Assembly (NCBI GenBank): GCA_964412585.1
Contig: CAYPPJ010000002.1
Coordinates: 77,720-141,719 of the forward strand
Direction: 5' to 3'
DNA: 64,000 nt
From: an uncultured Candidatus Saccharibacteria bacterium
GTDB taxonomy: Bacteria > Patescibacteriota > Minisyncoccia > Phycocordibacterales > PALSA-1337
Shown here: piece after piece, positions 58,759-64,000 of the stretch
Numbering within the stretch: position 1 is the first letter of the stretch
How the letters are laid out: each line of letters begins with the position of its first letter
Position numbers and translations under genes: made by a program
The notes under the pieces: model-generated
Database searches by the model: none
What the model saw: the letters and a program-made list of their open reading frames with translations, nothing else
Told to the model about the DNA's origin: nothing

Positions 58759-59124
58759 ATGCTTTCTTACATACTCGCTCTGGTTGTCCTCGCGGTTGTT
58801 CTTGCAGGTCTTTCTCTCGGTCCTGACGCAACGTATATTAGTATGAAATATTTTGACAGCGTCCTCCATCTGCTGGCAGGTGTCGGTCTCGGATTCTTTT
58901 TTGATGCACTGACTCTCTCGATCGGTTCACGTCGCTGGCACACACGCTGGGGCATAGTGCTCATAGTTTTCGGGGGAGGAATTGCTTGGGAAATATTTGA
59001 GGCTTATTTCAATATTACCGGATTCAAGCTTTGGACAACGATGTATTATCTTGATACGGCAAAGGATTTGTTGCTCGACACAGTCGGTGCATGGGTGGCG
59101 GTGCACATAGTTACGCATAAATAA
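58759..59124 (+). CDS. hypothetical small integral membrane protein
   Basis: Hydrophobicity pattern only. Confidence 0.35.
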   Translation: MLSYILALVVLAVVLAGLSLGPDATYISMKYFDSVLHLLAGVGLGFFFDALTLSIGSRRWHTRWGIVLIVFGGGIAWEIFEAYFNITGFKLWTTMYYLDTAKDLLLDTVGAWVAVHIVTHK

Positions 59125-59129
59125 TTCCC

Positions 59130-60521
59130 ATGTCTATTCCACGAGTTACATTTTATAGTGGTGTTGGAACGGTAACTGGTGCCAATTTTATGTTGGACAC
59201 GGGGAAATCTAAGATTCTCATTGATTGCGGCATGGTCCAGGGAGAAAAATTTGCGATGGAAGAAAACGCGCAGCCGTTTGCCTATGATATCTCATCGATT
59301 GATGCGCTTATTATCACCCATGCTCATCTCGATCATGTTGGCCGTATTCCTAAATTGGTAAAAGATGGATACCAGGGTCCAATATATTCAACTCTAGAGA
59401 CACGACAGCTTGCAGAATTGGTGCTCAATGACGCGGTTGGTATATTGGCAATCGAGGCCAAACAAAATGAAGTTGTGCCAATGTATGGCATTGAAGATGT
59501 GGAGGCTGTGTTTCCTTTATGGAAAACAATTCCGTATCATCAAGATGCACAAATCACAGACGATGTGAGTGTATTTTTGAAGGATGCCGGTCATATTCTC
59601 GGCTCTGCAATGATCGAGGCGCGCATTAGGAAGCAGGGAGAAGGAAATGTTGGAAACGGGGAAATCAAAGTTCTATTTACCGGTGATGTTGGTAATTCAC
59701 CCGCGCCACTTCTCCGAGACACGGAATCAGTCGGAGATGTCGACTATATGGTTACCGAGAGTGTGTACGGAGATAGAAATCATGAAGACAGGGCGACTCG
59801 CTCACAGCAATTTGAAAAAATAGTAAATGACACTCTTGCGCGTGGTGGCACATTGGTCATCCCTGCATTTTCAATAGATCGTACCCAGGTTCTTTTGTAT
59901 GAATTGAATAATCTTGTTGAGCAAAAAAAGATCCCGTCCGTTCCAGTGTTTGTCGACTCACCGATGGCGATAAAAGCGACCGAGGTATATCAGGAGAGTA
60001 CCCAATTATTCAATGACCATGTTAGATCACAGATTGCGGGCGGAGATAATATTTTCAATTTCCCACACCTCCAGTTTACTGTGTCCCAAAATGAGTCGCG
60101 AGACATTGAACGTCTCCAAGGGGCAAAGATTATCCTTGCTGGTTCGGGAATGTCCGTTGGGGGTCGCGTGTTGAGCCATGAAGAAGACTTTTTACCTGAT
60201 CCAAAGAATACAGTCTTACTTGTGGGATATCAGACGACTGGTTCGGTTGGTCGCCAACTTGCAGACGGTGCAAAGAAGGTCACTATTCATGGTCGTACGG
60301 TCAAAGTGAAAGCCCATGTTGAGGCTCTGTACGGCTATTCGGCACACAAAGATAGCGATCACATGGTCGAGTTCGTGGCGACAGCAACAAATCGGCTGCA
60401 AAAGGTATTTGTCGTCATGGGAGAACCAAAAGCCTCGATGCATTTGGCGCAGCGGCTCAATGATGAGTTGGTAGTAAAGGCGATGGTGCCGGAGAGGGGA
60501 GTTGGATACGAGTTGGAATAA
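59130..60521 (+). CDS. metallo-beta-lactamase-fold beta-CASP family hydrolase (RNA-metabolising type)
   Basis: ILIDCG...ITHAHLDHVGRIP (HxHxDH), then downstream Asp/His motifs and a beta-CASP-like C-terminal region. Confidence 0.65.
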   Translation: MSIPRVTFYSGVGTVTGANFMLDTGKSKILIDCGMVQGEKFAMEENAQPFAYDISSIDALIITHAHLDHVGRIPKLVKDGYQGPIYSTLETRQLAELVLNDAVGILAIEAKQNEVVPMYGIEDVEAVFPLWKTIPYHQDAQITDDVSVFLKDAGHILGSAMIEARIRKQGEGNVGNGEIKVLFTGDVGNSPAPLLRDTESVGDVDYMVTESVYGDRNHEDRATRSQQFEKIVNDTLARGGTLVIPAFSIDRTQVLLYELNNLVEQKKIPSVPVFVDSPMAIKATEVYQESTQLFNDHVRSQIAGGDNIFNFPHLQFTVSQNESRDIERLQGAKIILAGSGMSVGGRVLSHEEDFLPDPKNTVLLVGYQTTGSVGRQLADGAKKVTIHGRTVKVKAHVEALYGYSAHKDSDHMVEFVATATNRLQKVFVVMGEPKASMHLAQRLNDELVVKAMVPERGVGYELE

Positions 60522-60536
60522 GTTTTCATCATATAT

Positions 60537-60565
60537 TAAAAACCCCGGAAGACCGGGGTTTTTAA
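60537..60565. terminator. bidirectional terminator between the MBL gene and rplT
   Basis: AAAAACCCCGG-aaga-CCGGGGTTTTT. Confidence 0.7.
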
Positions 60566-60910
60566 TTATTTTACCTTTGAAACTACTCGTGCAAATGTCT
60601 CGGGCTTGAATTCTGCGAGATGAGCCAGAATCTTGCGATCGAGCTCGATGTTCTTTTTCTTTGCTGCTCCGATAAACTTTGAGTATGAGAAGCCCAATGG
60701 ACGAAGGCCGGCATTGATCTTGACGTTGAAAAGACGGCGCATGTCACCCTTTTTGTCGCGGCGATGAGCGAGGGCGTATGCCCCAGCGTGTTGGAGGGCA
60801 TCAATAGCCATGCGCTCCTTCTTTGAGCGACCAAATCGGAAGCCCTTTGCGGCCTTGAGGATGGAACGGCGGTGTTTGAGGGCGTTTACTGCTTTCTTTA
60901 CACGGGTCAT
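60566..60910 (-). CDS. rplT: 50S ribosomal protein L20
   Basis: MTRVKKAVNALKHRRSILKAAKGFRFGRSKKERMAIDALQHAG... Confidence 0.9.
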   Translation of the reverse strand: MTRVKKAVNALKHRRSILKAAKGFRFGRSKKERMAIDALQHAGAYALAHRRDKKGDMRRLFNVKINAGLRPLGFSYSKFIGAAKKKNIELDRKILAHLAEFKPETFARVVSKVK

Positions 60911-61007
60911 GGTAGTAGTTAAGTAATTAGTAATTAGTAACTAGTAATTAGAGAATGATGTGTTTGTTTTTCTAATCTCCAATTACTAGTTACTAATCTC
61001 TTATTGT
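60911..61007 (-). repeat. AT-rich imperfect-palindrome element, copy B, filling the rpmI-rplT intergenic region
   Basis: GTAATTAGTAATTAGTAACTAGTAATTAGAGAATG...TTCTAATCTCCAATTACTAGTTACTAATCTC; the arms pair over about 15 bp perfectly plus additional imperfect pairs. Confidence 0.7.
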
Positions 61008-61199
61008 TTATAAATTGACGAGGAATCGACTCTTGGCCTTATTGTCCATGTGAATGGTATTCATACGGCGCTTGTTGGTGCTGGTGCGAGTTCGCTCACG
61101 TGCGTTGAAGTGGTTTTGGCCAGCCTTGCGCGACAAAATCTTGCCATTTTTGGTGACCTTGAGACGCTTGAGATATGATTTGGTGGTTTTGATACTCAT
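61008..61199 (-). CDS. rpmI: 50S ribosomal protein L35
   Basis: MSIKTTKSYLKRLKVTKNGKILSRKAGQNHF... Confidence 0.85.
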   Translation of the reverse strand: MSIKTTKSYLKRLKVTKNGKILSRKAGQNHFNARERTRTSTNKRRMNTIHMDNKAKSRFLVNL

Positions 61200-61291
61200 A
61201 AATTTAGTAATTAGTAACTGGTAATTGGTAATTAGAGAATCGCAAGCCGTACCTTCTAATTACTATTTACTAGTTACTAATCTCTATGTGA
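61200..61291 (-). repeat. AT-rich imperfect-palindrome element, copy C, filling the infC-rpmI intergenic region
   Basis: TAGTAATTAGTAACTGGTAATTGGTAATTAGAGAATC...TTCTAATTACTATTTACTAGTTACTAATCTC. Confidence 0.7.
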
Positions 61292-61810
61292 TTACTTCTT
61301 TTCTATAACAATACTCAATCCCTTCGGTCCTTTGGTTACGTCCTGCGCGACCTTGTATTCGACGGTCACGAGCTTGAGGAGGCGTTCGAGACGTTCCTTA
61401 AGAAAGTTGAGGTCCATATACTTGGATCGTCCGATGAGGAAGAGGTCTATCTTGACTCGATTACCTTCGCCGAGCCATTCTGAGACTCGCTTGGCCTTGA
61501 GTTCGAGGTCATGCTCGCCAGTTCCAATCTTGACTTGAACTATCTTGAGTTCACTGGTCTGGACTTTGGCTTTGGCAGCTTTCTCCTTCTTCTTTTCATC
61601 GTACAGGTACTTTCCATAATCCATTATCTTCGCAACCGGGGGAATAGCGGTCGGGGAGATTTCGATCAGGTCCAGAGTGCGCTTTTGGGCTTCTGCAAGG
61701 GCGACAGAGAGGGTGATAACACCGAGATTTTCTCCTTCGGCTGTTATAACGCGCAACTCAGGCGCTTTTATCTGATGATTTATTTTGACTCGAATGGCCA
61801 AGTGATTGGG
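61292..61810 (-). CDS. infC: translation initiation factor IF-3 (probable non-AUG start)
   Basis: ...APELRVITAEGENLGVITLSVALAEAQKRTLDLIEIS... with a conserved C-terminal domain. The canonical N-terminus begins inside the ORF with no Met, consistent with the AUU/AUA start common for infC; the 5' coordinate is approximate. Confidence 0.75.
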   Translation of the reverse strand, partial: PNHLAIRVKINHQIKAPELRVITAEGENLGVITLSVALAEAQKRTLDLIEISPTAIPPVAKIMDYGKYLYDEKKKEKAAKAKVQTSELKIVQVKIGTGEHDLELKAKRVSEWLGEGNRVKIDLFLIGRSKYMDLNFLKERLERLLKLVTVEYKVAQDVTKGPKGLSIVIEKK

Positions 61811-61907
61811 ATTACAGGGGTTATTTATAACATACAGCGCTGTATTCTGCAACCCGCGAGCCCTATCCACATTGCGGTTATATGAGGGTGGGGGGTACAA
61901 TAGAGGC

Positions 61908-62222
61908 ATGCCTGGCGAGTCAGTTCAATTCTCACAAACTAAACATCACCGCAAGTCGGTAGCAGCACTTGTTGTGGCGGTGGTCGTGTTTGGTATTATC
62001 ATTGCCAACTATTTGTCTTCTGACAAATCCCAGCAGGAAGTGCAAACATCAGTTAGGTCACAGACTCCACAAGAACGTCTGGTAGCAGTATTGGACGCCT
62101 CACCTGATGTGTCAGTTTCGGTAGATCAAAAAAATCGTGCTGTTAACGAATTGAAAAAAAGTCGAGCCACACTTTCAAATAGTCAAAAGTCAGACATTAT
62201 TAGCTCGTTACAAGAACGTTAA
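61908..62222 (+). CDS. hypothetical small membrane protein
   Basis: Start taken at the internal Met (MPGESVQF...) with one TM helix; it is divergent from infC. Confidence 0.35.
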   Translation: MPGESVQFSQTKHHRKSVAALVVAVVVFGIIIANYLSSDKSQQEVQTSVRSQTPQERLVAVLDASPDVSVSVDQKNRAVNELKKSRATLSNSQKSDIISSLQER

Positions 62223-62232
62223 TATTTTTATT

Positions 62233-63216
62233 ATGAAATCAACATTTGTCTCTCGTGTTGCTACAACTGCAGGCCTTCTCCTGGGCGCATTTGCCTTGTC
62301 AGCTCTCGCTGCCACATGGACTGCTCCGACCGTACCAGCTCCTGGTGGCAATCCAGATGCCCCGATCAATGTTGGTAGTCTATTGCAGAACAAACTTGGC
62401 TGGCTTGGGGTGAAGGGACTCGTGACAACTGACCTTACACTTGCTACGGGTACTCCTGCAGTTGGCAAAGTGTTGACTGCTATTGATGCTTTGGGAAATG
62501 CAACATGGGCTACTCCGGCGGGAGGGAATGAGGGTAACTGGGAGACAGGCGAAATAACCTTGCCATGTCAGGCGTACGCATGGTCAACGAGTCAGAATGT
62601 CACATTCACCAAGATTTTCGCAGTTGCCCCTAAGATTATTACTCAACCTAAATGGGAACGATACACGGGTAATGAAAGTGCGGCATGGTGGGTGACAAAT
62701 GTCACTACGACCGGTTTTACTATGAATTATGGTACGCCGAATAGCGGTTCGTGTTATCCGTCGTCAGGTGGCAACGGTATAATGTGGGTTGCAGTAGGAC
62801 AGGGAAGCGGAGCGCCTTCTGGTGGACATGTGGCAAATAAGTTCACGACCAAGTACACAACACTTATGAGTGACCCAACTTTCTATTCATGGGTTGGGAA
62901 TTCTGGCATGCCTACCAGTGGGGGTAGTGACCGTGGATGGTATATTCGAACATCAGTTTCTCCGACACGATTCGCTGATACTGCCAACAGACTTTGTTCA
63001 TATTTTATGACTAACGGCACTGCCACTGTGTATTCAGGACAGTATACTGGTGGAGACTACGGTAGTGATAACAATAACACTGCTTATTACTGGAATACGG
63101 GCACGAATACGTGGTCATCGGAAGCACATGGTGACGACGGGTCTATCGATATCACATCATTGATTTGTGTCGGTGACGGTGTTCTCGATCGCGGAGTCAA
63201 GTTCTTGGCCCAATAA
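62233..63216 (+). CDS. secreted protein with an H-type-lectin-like domain (tandem paralog 1)
   Basis: Signal peptide ...LSALA-ATW; domain ...NVTFTKIFAVAPKIITQPKWERYTGNESAAWWVTNVTTTGFTMNYG...IMWVAVGQ fits the H-type lectin pattern (VTFxxxFxxxPxV...W..NVTxxGFxxN...W.A.G). Confidence 0.5.
   Translation: MKSTFVSRVATTAGLLLGAFALSALAATWTAPTVPAPGGNPDAPINVGSLLQNKLGWLGVKGLVTTDLTLATGTPAVGKVLTAIDALGNATWATPAGGNEGNWETGEITLPCQAYAWSTSQNVTFTKIFAVAPKIITQPKWERYTGNESAAWWVTNVTTTGFTMNYGTPNSGSCYPSSGGNGIMWVAVGQGSGAPSGGHVANKFTTKYTTLMSDPTFYSWVGNSGMPTSGGSDRGWYIRTSVSPTRFADTANRLCSYFMTNGTATVYSGQYTGGDYGSDNNNTAYYWNTGTNTWSSEAHGDDGSIDITSLICVGDGVLDRGVKFLAQ
62305..62456 (+). repeat. 152-bp block identical to 63318-63469, embedded in otherwise diverged paralogs
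   Basis: Direct comparison of the two N-terminal coding regions; flanking sequence is similar only at the protein level. Confidence 0.85.
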
Positions 63217-63245
63217 TTATTGGTGATATCTTAATTTTATTTACA

Positions 63246-63821
63246 ATGCGCTCTTCTCTTATTACCCGAGTTGTCACACTTGCCAGTCTCCTTGTTGGAG
63301 CTTTCGCGTTCTCTGCACTCGCTGCCACATGGACTGCTCCGACCGTACCAGCTCCTGGTGGCAATCCAGATGCCCCGATCAATGTTGGTAGTCTATTGCA
63401 GAACAAACTTGGCTGGCTTGGGGTGAAGGGACTCGTGACAACTGACCTTACACTTGCTACGGGTACTCCGTCAGCAGGTATGGTGCTTACTGCGCTCGAC
63501 AGTCTCGGTAATGCTGGGTGGGCTACACCGGCAGCTTCTTCTAATATGAGGTATGGTTCAGCAACACTAGCTTGCGCATCCTATCAACATCCAACAATAG
63601 GGACAGTTACTGTAACATTCTCACCAGTGCTTTCATCAGCTCCTTCAGCCGTCATAATCACTCCAAATTGGACAAATTACAGCGGCGATGAAGCACCGTC
63701 GTGGTGGGTAAGTAATGTAACAGCTAGTGGATTTAAGATTAATGTACAGACGACGGGGGAGAATCATTGTAGTGATCACCCAGGTACTGCCGACAAGGTG
63801 TTCTGGGCTGCCATGTACTGA
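63246..63821 (+). CDS. secreted protein with an H-type-lectin-like domain (tandem paralog 2)
   Basis: The same N-terminal 100 aa as paralog 1, then ...GTVTVTFSPVLSSAPSAVIITPNWTNYSGDEAPSWWVSNVTASGFKINVQT...KVFWAAM. Confidence 0.5.
   Translation: MRSSLITRVVTLASLLVGAFAFSALAATWTAPTVPAPGGNPDAPINVGSLLQNKLGWLGVKGLVTTDLTLATGTPSAGMVLTALDSLGNAGWATPAASSNMRYGSATLACASYQHPTIGTVTVTFSPVLSSAPSAVIITPNWTNYSGDEAPSWWVSNVTASGFKINVQTTGENHCSDHPGTADKVFWAAMY
63318..63469 (+). repeat. 152-bp identical block, second copy
   Basis: See 62305-62456. Confidence 0.85.
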
Positions 63822-64000
63822 TTTTAACAAATTTATTCATAACGCTGGATTCTGTTTGTCCCATGCTAAGCAGTGTTGCATTAATATTTTCTATCGTTCT
63901 ACTCATCCCTGGCATAGTGATGGCTCTAGTCCCCGGTCTTCCGGGGCTTTTGTATATGCTTGTGATTGCACTTGTCTTTGGATTTATTGACCAGTTTACG

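Noticed and set aside
63727-64000. ORF 63727..63990 and a possible gene starting at ATG 63920 (MALVPGLPGLLYMLVIALVFGFIDQFT...)
   Set aside because: The listed ORF is antisense-like and has no support. The 63920 frame looks like the start of a membrane protein but runs off the window, so it is too short to call.

Overview
This 64-kb window reads as a compact, low-GC (~45%) bacterial chromosome segment; I would guess a Patescibacteria/CPR-like or other small-genome organism, but lineage cannot be proven from sequence alone. Three observations support that guess: (i) apparently little use of Shine-Dalgarno sequences, (ii) N-terminal signal-anchor binding proteins rather than lipoproteins, (iii) a monoderm-type repertoire (RNase Y, a type IV pilus operon plus ComEC, a H+-pyrophosphatase). 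I could not run searches; gene calls rest on motifs I recognise. Recognisable housekeeping genes, in order:
- cca (partial), four tRNAs (Arg-TCG, Gly-GCC, Pro-TGG, Gly-TCC), yraN, hup, rny, clpP, rsmE, tig, hppA, nusA
- pilB/pilC followed by three prepilin-type genes, then tpiA-pgk
- an LMW phosphatase, a HIT protein, recJ, rnhA
- a comEC split into two ORFs around an oppositely oriented sodA
- rpmB, an M50 protease, rpsL-rpsG-[inserted ORF6N gene]-fusA, adk, map, ndk, a beta-CASP MBL hydrolase, and infC-rpmI-rplT
The most unusual content is a paralogous expansion of two-gene modules: six TrmB-like helix-turn-helix regulators, five of them divergently paired with an orphan type-1 periplasmic-binding-protein (LivJ-like) gene. 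Each pair has its own near-consensus promoter, and three of the shared intergenic regions carry a distinct palindrome (TGTCG-N8-CGACA, TCACAC-N9-GTGTGA, GTCCAAA-N1-TTTGGAC). No ABC permease or ATPase is anywhere in the window. Other notable signals:
- a 43-bp perfect direct repeat sitting 5' of both comEC fragments
- a family of long AT-rich imperfect palindromes (TAGTAACTAGTAATTAGAG...) immediately upstream of rpsL, rplT and rpmI
- a promoter-to-terminator ~100-nt small-RNA candidate upstream of the str operon
- a ~320-nt highly structured non-coding region after an XRE gene with a GGUCAGGUCCGG motif
- five copies of the palindrome GTTTCACGTGAAAC clustered in the first 2.3 kb
- GC-rich islands carrying secreted repeat proteins
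- two tandem secreted H-type-lectin-like paralogs sharing a 152-bp identical block
No CRISPR array, rRNA or obvious transposase was seen.
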